Positions 19,325-28,654 of a stretch of DNA of 64,000 nt are shown here, one piece after another; within the stretch, counting starts at the first letter, position 1, and every line of letters begins with the position of its first letter. Under the pieces are notes generated by a model. It was not told the DNA's origin. It ran no database searches and saw nothing but the letters and a program-made list of their open reading frames with translations. The stretch is from an uncultured delta proteobacterium (lineage in GTDB: Bacteria > Desulfobacterota > Binatia > HRBIN30 > BPIQ01): the NCBI GenBank assembly GCA_963761335.1, contig CAVXGR010000005.1, positions 160,001 to 224,000 of the forward strand, given 5' to 3'. Made by a program: the position numbers and the translations under genes.

Positions 19325-21351
19325 ACCTGCAGCTGCGGGAAACGGTGCTCCTGCTGGTCGACCTGCAGAACGACTTTCTCGAGCGGGAGGGTCTGGTCCC
19401 CGATCCGCCGTCGCTCTGTGCGCGGGCGGCAAAGCTGCTCGGCGCGGCGCGGCGGCTGGGCATTGCCGTGGTTCACGCGCACACGCTCACTCGTGCCGAC
19501 GGCTCGGATCGGATGCCGCACTGGATTCGCAGCGGGACGAGCTGCTGCACCGAGGGAAGCCGCGGGGCGGAGACGCCGGCGGCTCTCGCGCCGCGCGCCG
19601 GCGAGCTCGTTCTCCGCAAGCAGTATTTCAGCGCCTTTGCAGATCCGCGGCTGGAGGCGTTTCTGCGCGCCAGCGAAGCGCGCCGCTTGATCGTCGCCGG
19701 CGTCTATCTCCACGGCTGCGTGCGCTCGACGGTGCTCGACGCCTACGAGCGCGGCTACGAGATCTGCGTCGTCGATGATGCCGTGGGGACCACGGATCCG
19801 CTGCACGGAGAGATCACCCGCCAATACCTGGCCGAGCGTGCCGCGTCGTTCCTCCCGCTCGACGAGGTGCTCGCCACTCTCGGCGCCGTGGTCGAGCCCG
19901 CACCCCCGACCCCGAAGATGCTTCCCGCGGCGGTGATCGCCGGTGCCCGGCGCGGCAGTGCCGGCCGCGCTGCGCTCATCCATTGCAACCCCTGCCGCCT
20001 CGACGAGGTGCTCGCCGCGGTGCCGCTCGGCTCTGCCGCCGAGGTCGAGGAGGCGGCGGGCGTTGCCGAGGGCGCGGGGCGGCGGTGGGCGCAGCGCAGC
20101 CCGGCGGCGCGCGCCGAGCTTCTCGATTGCTGGGCCGAGGTGCTGGAGTCGCGGCGCGACTCCTTCGCCGATCTCATCGTCCGCGAGCAGGGCAAGCCGC
20201 GCCGCTTCGCGGCGGAGGAGATCGGCCGTGCGGTTGCCCACGCGCGCATCGCCGCCGAGCTGGCGCGCGATCCGGCACTTGCTTCGACGCGTCTCGCCCC
20301 CGGCGTGGCGGCGGCGCAGCGACCCCTCGGCGTCGTCGGCCTGGTCACCCCGTGGAATAATCCGCTGGCGATTCCCGTGGGCAAGATCGCGCCGGCAATC
20401 GGCTTCGGCAATGCTGTGGTGCTCAAGCCGGCTCCGCAGGCATCGCTGCTCGCCCTGGAAATCCTCGCAAGCCTGGAGCACGCCGGCCTGCCGCCCGGGG
20501 TGGTGAACCTCGTCCTCGGCGACGGCCGGGCGGCCCGCGCCCTGTGTCGGGAATCGCGTGTCGCCGCCGTGGCCGCCACCGGGTCGGTGCGAACCGGCCG
20601 TGTGCTCGCGGGGCTCTGCGCCGCGTCGCTGAAGCCGCTCCAGGCGGAGCTCGGCGGCAACAATGCCACCATCGTCCTCGGCGACGCCGACCTGGAGGCG
20701 GAGATCGGCAATCTCATGCGCGCCGCCTTCGCCTTCGCCGGGCAGAGGTGCACCGCCACTCGCCGATTCATCGTCGAGCGCGAGATCGCCGCCCGCTTCG
20801 AGGCCCTGGCGCGGGAGGCCACCGAGTCGCTGGTGAACGGCGAGGCGGACGACCCGGCGACCGAGGTCGGGCCGCTGATCTCAGCGGAAGCGCGCGACAA
20901 CGCGATCATCGCCATCGAGCGCGGCACCGCCGCCGGGGCCCGGCTGCTCACCGGCGGCCGCGTGCCCCGCGGTCTGCAACACGGCGCCTGGTTGACACCG
21001 GCGCTGCTCGCCGACGTCGATCCGCGCAGCGCCCTCGCCCAGGAAGAGACCTTTGCCCCGATCGCCGTCATCCTGATCGCGGCCGATCTCGATGAGGCAC
21101 TGGACATCGCCAACGGTGTGCCGCAGGGATTGGTGATGGGCGCCCTGACTCGCGATCAGACGAAGCGCGACCACATTCGCGCCGCCGCCGCGGCAGGTAT
21201 CGTCCAGCTCCGCTCCGGCCCGCTGGCCGTGCACCCGCGTGCCCCGTTCAGCGGCTGGAAGGCTTCGGGGCTGGGACCACCGGAGCACGGCGTGTGGGAT
21301 GCGGCGTTCTACACGCGCACCCAGGCGGTGTACACCGACGAATCGTGTTGA
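19321..21351 (+). CDS. Isochorismatase (cysteine hydrolase) - aldehyde dehydrogenase fusion
   Basis: N-term 'VDLQNDF', 'RKQYFSAF', 'HGCVRSTVLDA'; C-term 'TPWNNP', 'AELGGNN', 'AGQRCTA'. Confidence 0.88.
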   Translation: MNLQLRETVLLLVDLQNDFLEREGLVPDPPSLCARAAKLLGAARRLGIAVVHAHTLTRADGSDRMPHWIRSGTSCCTEGSRGAETPAALAPRAGELVLRKQYFSAFADPRLEAFLRASEARRLIVAGVYLHGCVRSTVLDAYERGYEICVVDDAVGTTDPLHGEITRQYLAERAASFLPLDEVLATLGAVVEPAPPTPKMLPAAVIAGARRGSAGRAALIHCNPCRLDEVLAAVPLGSAAEVEEAAGVAEGAGRRWAQRSPAARAELLDCWAEVLESRRDSFADLIVREQGKPRRFAAEEIGRAVAHARIAAELARDPALASTRLAPGVAAAQRPLGVVGLVTPWNNPLAIPVGKIAPAIGFGNAVVLKPAPQASLLALEILASLEHAGLPPGVVNLVLGDGRAARALCRESRVAAVAATGSVRTGRVLAGLCAASLKPLQAELGGNNATIVLGDADLEAEIGNLMRAAFAFAGQRCTATRRFIVEREIAARFEALAREATESLVNGEADDPATEVGPLISAEARDNAIIAIERGTAAGARLLTGGRVPRGLQHGAWLTPALLADVDPRSALAQEETFAPIAVILIAADLDEALDIANGVPQGLVMGALTRDQTKRDHIRAAAAAGIVQLRSGPLAVHPRAPFSGWKASGLGPPEHGVWDAAFYTRTQAVYTDESC

Positions 21352-22589
21352 CTGCCGAGCAACAGGAAACCCTCACCCGCGTCGGACCGCAGACTCCGAT
21401 GGGAGAGCTGTTGCGCCGCTACTGGTTCCCGGTGGTTGCCAGCTCCGAGCTGCCCGCCGGCACGGCGACGCCGGTGCGGCTTCTCGGCGAAGACCTCGCC
21501 CTCTTTCGCACCACCAGCGGAGCGATCGGTCTGATCGACGCGCCCTGTCCGCATCGCGGCGCCTCGCTCGCCTACGGCATCGTCGACGACTGTGCGGTTC
21601 GCTGCCCCTATCACGGCTGGCGCTTCGATGCCGGCGGGGCATGTCTGGAAATTCCCTCCCTCGGCGGCGACCCGGGGGTGCGGGCCCGGGCGCGCACCCG
21701 CGCCCATCGAGCCGAGGAGCTGGGCGGCCTGGTGTTCGCCTACCTCGGCCCGCCGCCGGCTCCGCTGCTGCCGCGCTACGATCTCTTCGTCTGGAACGGC
21801 GTGCTGCGCGACATCGGCCGGGCTCTGCTGCCGTGCAACTGGCTGCAGATCATGGAGAACAGCGTCGACCCGACCCATCTCGAATGGCTGCACGGTCATC
21901 ATCTCGCGGCGACGCGCGCCGCGGCCCAGCTGTCCGTGCCGGCGCACTACCGGCGCCGCCACGTCGAGATCGGCTTCGACGTCTTTCCGCACGGCATCCT
22001 CAAGCGCCGCGTGCTCGCCGGCGGCAGTCGCGACGACGACGACTGGCGCATCGGCCATCCGCTGGTGTTTCCCACCATGGTGCGTGTCGGCGCCGGCGGC
22101 CAGAACGTCTTGCAGATCCGCGTCCCCGTCGACGATACCCGCACGCTTCATTTCTGGTACTGCGTCTACGTGCCCAAGGAGGGAGTGGCGCCACCTGTCC
22201 AGAGCGAGGTGCCGGTGTACGAGGTGCCCTTCCGGGATGAGTGCGGTCGCTTCATCGTCGACTTCGTCGACGGCGGCGACATCATGACCTGGGTGACTCA
22301 GGGGCCGATCGCCGATCGCACCCGTGAGCTTCTGGTCGACAGCGATCGCGGCATCGTCCTCTTCCGGCGGCTGCTGTTCGAGCAGATCGAGCGTGTGCGG
22401 CGCGGCGAGGATCCCCTGGGGGTGCTGCGCACACCTGCGGAGAACGCCATCATCGATCTCCCCCAGGAGCGGGACAAGTACAGCAGAGGCGATGAGTTCC
22501 TCGCCGAATCGCTGCGTCTGAACCAAGTCCGCTACAGCCCCAGGCGCCGGCAGATCCTGGACCTCCTCGGGCTGCCCGACGAGAGCTGA
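21345..22589 (+). CDS. Rieske non-heme iron oxygenase alpha subunit (phthalate dioxygenase/LigXa-like)
   Basis: 'CPHRGASL', 'CPYHGW', mononuclear Fe site 'MENSVDPTHLEWLH'; 'TRVGP.TPMGELLRRYW'. Confidence 0.9.
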   Translation: MLTAEQQETLTRVGPQTPMGELLRRYWFPVVASSELPAGTATPVRLLGEDLALFRTTSGAIGLIDAPCPHRGASLAYGIVDDCAVRCPYHGWRFDAGGACLEIPSLGGDPGVRARARTRAHRAEELGGLVFAYLGPPPAPLLPRYDLFVWNGVLRDIGRALLPCNWLQIMENSVDPTHLEWLHGHHLAATRAAAQLSVPAHYRRRHVEIGFDVFPHGILKRRVLAGGSRDDDDWRIGHPLVFPTMVRVGAGGQNVLQIRVPVDDTRTLHFWYCVYVPKEGVAPPVQSEVPVYEVPFRDECGRFIVDFVDGGDIMTWVTQGPIADRTRELLVDSDRGIVLFRRLLFEQIERVRRGEDPLGVLRTPAENAIIDLPQERDKYSRGDEFLAESLRLNQVRYSPRRRQILDLLGLPDES

Positions 22590-22594
22590 CGGCG

Positions 22595-23743
22595 GTGCGC
22601 GTTCTCTGCCACGCCCAGCACCTATCGGGAGTGGGGCACTACGTCCGCATGCGGGCGATCGCGCGCGGGCTCGCCGGCGCCCACGAGGTTCACGTCGTCG
22701 AGGCCGGTCTGCCGATGCCGCTGTCGCACGGCGATTCAAAGCTGCACCGGTTGTCGCTACCGCCGCTCACCCGCGTCAAAGGCGAGATCGTCGCCGTCGC
22801 CGGCGGGATTGACCCCGAGGCCGTCCTGGCGCAGCGTGCCGCTCTGCTCGCGGACGCGACAAGGGACCTTCGCCCCGACGTCGTGCTCATCGACCATTAT
22901 CCCTTCAGCAAATGGGAGCTCGAGGCGGAGATGGAGGCCGTGATCGCGGCGGCGCGTTCGGTCAATCCGCGCGCCCGCGTCGTCTGCTCGCTGCGCGACG
23001 TGGCGCCGCAGACGCGCCACGAGCGCGTCGACCGCGGCGACTACGAGCGGCGCGTGCTGGCGACCCTGGGGGCTCGCTTCGACGCCGTGCTGGTGCATTC
23101 CGATCCCGTCTTCACTCGCCTCGATGAGCACTTCGGTCGCTCTGCGGAAATTCCAGTGCCGGTGCTCTACACCGGGTTCGTGGCCGGTGAGACGCCCGCG
23201 GCGGCGACGACGCCCGCACACGCCGTGCTGAGCTGCGGCGGTGGCGCCTGGAATCTCCCCTTCCTGCTGAACGCCGTGGAGGCCTTCCGCCAGATCGGGG
23301 TCGAGGCAACGGTAGGCATGCCCCTGCTCGTCTTTGCCGCGGCGTTCTCTACCGAGGATGACCTCGCGGCGCTGCGCCGCGCCGCTGCCGGCTGTCCGTT
23401 CCGCGTGCGCCGCTTCGCCGACGACTTCGAGTGCGCCCTTTCCGGGTGCGACCTGTCGATCAGCCGCGCCGGCTACAACACCTGCGTTGCCCTGCTCCGC
23501 TCGTGCCGACGCGCCGTGCTGGTGCCGGACCCGATCATGTCCGACCAGGCATTCCGCGCCGCGCGGCTCGAGGAGCTCGGCCTGGCGACGTGCGTCGCGG
23601 GCGACGGCGACGTCGCCGCCATCGCCGCGGCCATCCGCCAGGCGCTGGCGCGTCCGATACCGCAACACCAGCTCGACCTCGGCGGCGTGGCGCGGACCCG
23701 CTCGCTGCTGGAGGCCCTCGTCTCGCAACCTTTGTTGCAGTAG
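22595..23743 (+). CDS. GT-B glycosyltransferase (COG4671/GT28 C-terminal-like)
   Basis: 'QHLSGVGHYVR', 'IDHYPF', 'ISRAGYNT', 'DQ..RA.RL'. Confidence 0.82.
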   Translation: MRVLCHAQHLSGVGHYVRMRAIARGLAGAHEVHVVEAGLPMPLSHGDSKLHRLSLPPLTRVKGEIVAVAGGIDPEAVLAQRAALLADATRDLRPDVVLIDHYPFSKWELEAEMEAVIAAARSVNPRARVVCSLRDVAPQTRHERVDRGDYERRVLATLGARFDAVLVHSDPVFTRLDEHFGRSAEIPVPVLYTGFVAGETPAAATTPAHAVLSCGGGAWNLPFLLNAVEAFRQIGVEATVGMPLLVFAAAFSTEDDLAALRRAAAGCPFRVRRFADDFECALSGCDLSISRAGYNTCVALLRSCRRAVLVPDPIMSDQAFRAARLEELGLATCVAGDGDVAAIAAAIRQALARPIPQHQLDLGGVARTRSLLEALVSQPLLQ

Positions 23744-23789
23744 AAGTGGCGTCTCGCCGCTTCGAAAGCGCCGGGACGGCGTCTCTACT
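23739..23789. repeat. REP doublet (REPIN-like), family A
   Basis: GTAGAAGTGGCGTCTCGCCGCTTC-GAAAGCGCCGGGACGGCGTCTCTAC. Confidence 0.85.
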
Positions 23790-24882
23790 TTGAAGGCGAT
23801 GTTCTCACGCGCCCGCGGTGATGCACCGCGATGCGGAAGGGCAGCGAGGCGCCCCACCACAGGAGCCATGCCGCGGGGTTGGTATCGTACACGCGGGCGG
23901 ACCACATCTTGTTCCCGAGCCCCAGCGCGGTGGGGGCGAAGACCATCGGCCACGGCCCCGGACGTGTCGGTACGCGGCGCTCGGCATGGCGGGCGAGCGC
24001 CGCTGCGAGCCGCGGCGCCAGGTCGGCGGCGTCGGCGACCTCCAGGCACAGCGCCAGAATGTTTACCAGCGGGCCGCGTGTGCCGGTACGCCGTCCCGCT
24101 TCGAGTAGCTCGACCCAGTCGAGCTCGGCGTCGAGTGCGGCGGTGATCTGCACCAGATCGACGACGTTCTTGATCTTCGGGCCGCCCCTCTCCAGGTCGC
24201 GCAGCAGGGAGAGTGCCGCGAAGATGATCTCGTCCTCGTCGGCGAGGATTCCATAGCGCCGCCCGCCGATCGCGTACGACTGCGCCCGGCGCCAGAGCCC
24301 GGCATCGTCGAGCCGCAGCGACGGATGTCGGGAGAGGCGCCAGTGCAGGTCGAGGTTGGCGTCCCCGGCGACGAAGTCGAGACCGTGCACGAAGAACGCG
24401 GTGATGCGAGTGCCGCCGAGGGTCCGCGAGCGGCGCCTGTACCCCGCCTCGCCCAGCAGCCGGATGGCGTCCTCGCGTTCGGCCTGCGGGACGAGAATGT
24501 CCAGGTCCACGTACTCGCGGGCATCGACGGCGCCGTAGAATCGGTCGGCGAGATACGGTCCCTTGAGGAGAAGGAAGCGCCTGCCGGCGCGCTCGAAGCG
24601 CTCGGCGAGATCCTCCAGGGCCGCGAGGAGGACCCGGGAGCGGGAGGCTTCACGCCGGCAGCGCGGCTCGAGTGCGTCGAGGATCGCGTTCGAGCCGCGC
24701 TGCCGCAGCGGCGGATCCTGCAGCGCCCGCCGCAGCACAACCGAAACCCCGTGCGCCCCGGCCCACTCGGCCAGTGATGCGATCGGACGCTCGCGACCCG
24801 CGGCGCGCCGCGTCACCTGCTCGTGGTCGCGCCGCAGCAGACGGACGAGGAGCTGCACATCCTCCGCCGAGGGAACGGACAT
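23785..24882 (-). CDS. Nucleotidyltransferase family protein (NTP_transf_5-like)
   Basis: 'LLLKGPYLADRFYG...REYVDLDILV', 'LDLHWRL'. Confidence 0.85.
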   Translation of the reverse strand: MSVPSAEDVQLLVRLLRRDHEQVTRRAAGRERPIASLAEWAGAHGVSVVLRRALQDPPLRQRGSNAILDALEPRCRREASRSRVLLAALEDLAERFERAGRRFLLLKGPYLADRFYGAVDAREYVDLDILVPQAEREDAIRLLGEAGYRRRSRTLGGTRITAFFVHGLDFVAGDANLDLHWRLSRHPSLRLDDAGLWRRAQSYAIGGRRYGILADEDEIIFAALSLLRDLERGGPKIKNVVDLVQITAALDAELDWVELLEAGRRTGTRGPLVNILALCLEVADAADLAPRLAAALARHAERRVPTRPGPWPMVFAPTALGLGNKMWSARVYDTNPAAWLLWWGASLPFRIAVHHRGRVRTSPSK

Positions 24883-24940
24883 CGTCCCGGTTCGAATATG
24901 CGGCTGTCACGGCGCGGTCAATACGAGCGGTTGGAAAACA

Positions 24941-24991
24941 AGTAGAAGCGCCGTCCCGGCGCTTCCGAAGCGGCGAGACGCCGCTTCTACT
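24941..24991. repeat. REP doublet (REPIN-like), family A, opposite orientation
   Basis: GTAGAAGCGCCGTCCCGGCGCTTCCGAAGCGGCGAGACGCCGCTTCTAC. Confidence 0.88.
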
Positions 24992-25093
24992 CGGCCCGCG
25001 GGCCGGCGGAATCGCTCTGCGCAGGTCTTGAGAAAGCCCGGGACGTTGGTTCCGTCGCTTGCCGTCGCCGGGCGGCTCGCGTACACCACCGGC

Positions 25094-26224
25094 GTGTCGG
25101 CGTGGCGCGCATACGGTTTCTTCGAGGTGGTGATCGGATGCGAGAGCGACTGCCCGGCGGCGATCGAGTGGCTCGACGAGTTCCTGCTGCCCGCGTTCGA
25201 TCGGCGCGAGTCTCGCGACTGCGATTTCCGTGTCGAGATCGGCACGGCCGCGGGCGAATACGATGAGCTCGCCGCCACCCGCCCGGCGGGCGACGTCCGC
25301 CGAGTGCCGTGCTTCGCACTCGACCAGAGAGTCGACTTTCATCCGAGCTGGACGGTGTCGGGGCTTCAGGTGATCGCCGACGACAAGTACGCGGCGCTCT
25401 ACGTCTTCGACGGACTGCGCCTGCGAATTCTGGCGCCGCCCGGATCGATCGCGGTGCGCGCCGCCGCCATGCGCGTGATCCGCGAGATCGCCGTGGCACG
25501 CGCCCTGTGCGACCCTCGCCTGGTCGTGTTGCATGCTGCCGCTCTCGAGATCGGCGGCGCCGCCCTGCTGATCGCGGGACCGAAGGGCTGCGGCAAGACG
25601 ACCGCTCTGGCGCATTCGTCGGTCAGCGCCAGGGCCCGCGTGCTGACCAACGACCGCGCCGTGCTCGCGTTCTCTCCGACTGGTATCGAAGTGCGCGCCG
25701 TGCCGACCTTCGTCACCATCCGCGGCGGGCCGTTTGCCCTGCTGGCCAGGCTCGCGCGCCGCACGCCGCGCGGCGTCTCGCCCGCGCATCTCCTGGCCGC
25801 GGAGCTCGAGGCGCTGCCGCTGCTCGACCCGGCCGCTGTCCCGGATGCCTACCACCTTTCGCCGGCGCAGTTTGCAAGCGCTCTCGGAGTCGAGCTGGCG
25901 CCGCGCGCCGAGCTTGCGGCGGTCGTCTTTCCCGAGATCGACGCCGATGCGGAGACGCTGGCGATCGAGGCGTTGGCGCCGGCAGCGGCGGAGCGTCGGT
26001 TGCGGGCGGCGCGCTTCGGCCTGGGCTCCGGCAAGGAAGGGCATACGGTGTTCGAGAACCTCGCCGGAGCCCGCCGCGATCCGGGTGCCGATGCCCAGCG
26101 TCTCGCCGAGCTTGCCGCCGCCACTCCGTGCTTCAGCCTGCGCCTCGGCTCGCGGGCCTATCAGAGCGCCGATGCCGGCGCGCGAATCGCCGCGCTGCTC
26201 GCCGAGGTGCGCCGGAGACGCTGA
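25094..26224 (+). CDS. HPr kinase-like P-loop protein
   Basis: 'LHAAALE....LLIAGPKGCGKTT...LTNDRAVL' HprK-like; GTG start inferred. Confidence 0.75.
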   Translation: MSAWRAYGFFEVVIGCESDCPAAIEWLDEFLLPAFDRRESRDCDFRVEIGTAAGEYDELAATRPAGDVRRVPCFALDQRVDFHPSWTVSGLQVIADDKYAALYVFDGLRLRILAPPGSIAVRAAAMRVIREIAVARALCDPRLVVLHAAALEIGGAALLIAGPKGCGKTTALAHSSVSARARVLTNDRAVLAFSPTGIEVRAVPTFVTIRGGPFALLARLARRTPRGVSPAHLLAAELEALPLLDPAAVPDAYHLSPAQFASALGVELAPRAELAAVVFPEIDADAETLAIEALAPAAAERRLRAARFGLGSGKEGHTVFENLAGARRDPGADAQRLAELAAATPCFSLRLGSRAYQSADAGARIAALLAEVRRRR

Positions 26225-26226
26225 GG

Positions 26227-27105
26227 ATGAAGACGGCTGAGCGGCCGAGCGCCGCGCCGCATGCTGTTCTCGGCGAGGAGATCGCCAAGGCGCTCAGTGA
26301 TGCCGGCCTGGTGCCAGTCGAGGCCCTGCCGATGAGCGCGCTGTCCACCGCGGGCTCCCGCAAGGCGACCTTCCGCATCGCGCTCGCCGACGGCAGGCTT
26401 CTCAAGGTGCGCCGCGTGGCGCGCCCGGGCAAGGTATGGCGTGCGGCACGGCTGGTGCGCGCTCTCGCCCACCCACAGGTCACGCAGATGCGCTGCCTCG
26501 CCAACCGCATCGCCGTCGAGGAATGGGTCGAGGGAGCTCCGTTGAGCGCCCTGGCGCTCGACGAGCAGCGCGTCCACGGCGCCGCCGATCTTCTCGCGGC
26601 GCTGCACGCCACGGCGTCGATCGGGGAGCAGGCGGTGCTCGACAGCCGGCGGACGCACGCACTTCGGCGTCGCGCCGAGCGCCAGCTGCGCGGGCTGAAA
26701 GACGCGTCCCTGGTGACCGCCGCGGAAGGCGCCGCGCTGATCCGCATCCTGCGCGAGCGCGATCCGCAAGAAGCCGTCTTCGGCCTGATCCACAACGACT
26801 TCTGCGGAGAGAACATCATCGAGCAGAGCGATGGCCGCCTGGTTGCGATCGACAACGAGGGTGTGCGCCTCAGCTTTCTCGACTTCGATCTGGCGCGCAC
26901 CTGGTACCGCTGGGACCTGCCGGAGCCGCATTGGGCCCGCTTCGCTTCCCGTTACGCGCGGCACGGAAGAGTGCCGCCCGGTGAGCCGACCATCTTCTGG
27001 CGCATTGCGGCCGTGCTCAAGAGCGCTCACGTGCGCCTGGTTGCAGGGTCGCCGGACATCGATGTGCCGCTCAAGAAGCTGCGCCAGCTGGTGTCAAGCG
27101 CATGA
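26227..27105 (+). CDS. Aminoglycoside phosphotransferase (APH)-family kinase
   Basis: Brenner motif 'LIHNDFCGENII', 'AIDNE', 'FDLA'; ATG 26227. Confidence 0.8.
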   Translation: MKTAERPSAAPHAVLGEEIAKALSDAGLVPVEALPMSALSTAGSRKATFRIALADGRLLKVRRVARPGKVWRAARLVRALAHPQVTQMRCLANRIAVEEWVEGAPLSALALDEQRVHGAADLLAALHATASIGEQAVLDSRRTHALRRRAERQLRGLKDASLVTAAEGAALIRILRERDPQEAVFGLIHNDFCGENIIEQSDGRLVAIDNEGVRLSFLDFDLARTWYRWDLPEPHWARFASRYARHGRVPPGEPTIFWRIAAVLKSAHVRLVAGSPDIDVPLKKLRQLVSSA

Positions 27106-27149
27106 CCGGCGCACTCCGAGATGGCCGCGTCTATATTCATTGCCTCCCG

Positions 27150-28589
27150 TCACCCCCGGAGAAGCGCGACGACGTCGGCGTACGCATCGACCCGCGGCAG
27201 GGCCAGAGCGGCCCAGTAGGTCAGTGCGCCGGCGGCGATGTCGAGCCCGAGGCGCTGCAGCATTCCGAAATGGCCCGCCAGGTATGCGTCGGCCGTCAGG
27301 ACGACGGCGGTCATGGCGATGCCCGCGAAGAGCACCGGTCGCACGCGCACGAAGACGGTTGAGACGCGCAGGTCCACGAGGCGTGCGCCGACGGCGAGGG
27401 TCGGAACCGCGACCAGCAGGGCACTGGCGGTATAGCCGATGGCGACGCCTTCGATGCCCCAACAGGCCCCGGCGACGACGCCGACGAGAGTGGCGGCGCG
27501 CTGGATGGCGGTGAGGCGCAGCAGCAGGTCTGCCCGACCCTGCGAGAGATAGATGGCGGTCGCCATCGTGCTGATGCTTTGCACGAGGCTCGCCAGGCAG
27601 AGGACGCGCAGGAGCGGGATGGCGCCGCGCCACTGTGGTCCGAGAAGGCCGAGGATGAAGGGCGTGGCGGTGGCGAAGAGACCGAGGCACATGGGGACGG
27701 CGGCGACGGCGACCATGCCGGCGAGCTGCAGGAACAGCGCGCGTACCTCCGCAACCTCGCGCTGGAGCAACGCGAAAGAGGGGAACAGCGGACGCACGAT
27801 CGACTGGGTGACGTAGACAACCGGAAAGCGGATCAGGTTGTAGGCGCGGCTGTACAGGCCGATGGCGCTCGAGCCGAGCAGCTTGCCGACAATGAGCTGG
27901 TCGAGAGGTCGTCCCGAGGCGCCCACCGCGCGCGAGGCGAGGCGGTTGCGGCTGAAGGGAAACAGCTCGCGCAGCGCCGAGAGGCGAATCTCGAAGCGCG
28001 GCACCCAGGCGCAGATGGCGGCGTAGAGGATGCTGTTCAGTGCCGCCGAGACGAGGACGTCGGCGGCGAGGCTGAAGGCGCCGAAGCCGCGCCAGGCGAG
28101 GACGACGGCGCAGGTTCCGGCGGCGAGTGCCACGCCTCCCTGGAGCCAGGCGAGGGCGCGGAAGTCGAGCCGGCGCATGAGCAGCACGTGCGGTACGGTG
28201 CCCACGGCGTCGAGAAGAAAGAGGGCGGAGAGGATACGGGCGAGTGGCGCGAGCTCGTCGATGCCGTAGAAGGCGGCGATCCACGGCGCCGAGACCAGCA
28301 CGGCGATCGTCAGCACGGCCGCTGTGCCGAGCCCGAGCCAGAAGACCGAGGAGCGGTGCGCCTCGGTGAGATTCTCTTTTTGCGTCAGCGAGTCCGCGAA
28401 GCCGAGGTCGGCGATCAGATCGAGGTACTGAGTGAAGAAAGCGAGCATCGCCAGCAGGCCGAAGTCGCGCGGCGTCAGCAGGCGCGCCAGGGCGATGGCG
28501 AAAAGGGAGCGGATCACCTGCTCGACGAGGTCGCCCGAGACGCTCCACTTGATCGCCGACAGGGTTCGCCCGCGAAACTCTTCGCTCAC
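27150..28589 (-). CDS. Polysaccharide flippase (Wzx/MOP family)
   Basis: 'LARLLTPRDFGLLAM', 'DQLIVGKLLG...IGLYSRAY', many TMs. Confidence 0.9.
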   Translation of the reverse strand: MSEEFRGRTLSAIKWSVSGDLVEQVIRSLFAIALARLLTPRDFGLLAMLAFFTQYLDLIADLGFADSLTQKENLTEAHRSSVFWLGLGTAAVLTIAVLVSAPWIAAFYGIDELAPLARILSALFLLDAVGTVPHVLLMRRLDFRALAWLQGGVALAAGTCAVVLAWRGFGAFSLAADVLVSAALNSILYAAICAWVPRFEIRLSALRELFPFSRNRLASRAVGASGRPLDQLIVGKLLGSSAIGLYSRAYNLIRFPVVYVTQSIVRPLFPSFALLQREVAEVRALFLQLAGMVAVAAVPMCLGLFATATPFILGLLGPQWRGAIPLLRVLCLASLVQSISTMATAIYLSQGRADLLLRLTAIQRAATLVGVVAGACWGIEGVAIGYTASALLVAVPTLAVGARLVDLRVSTVFVRVRPVLFAGIAMTAVVLTADAYLAGHFGMLQRLGLDIAAGALTYWAALALPRVDAYADVVALLRG

Positions 28590-28654
28590 CCCGCTTCGCC
28601 CCGGGGCGGCCGACGATGACGGGGAACGGCGCGCCGGATCACGACCTGTCGCGG

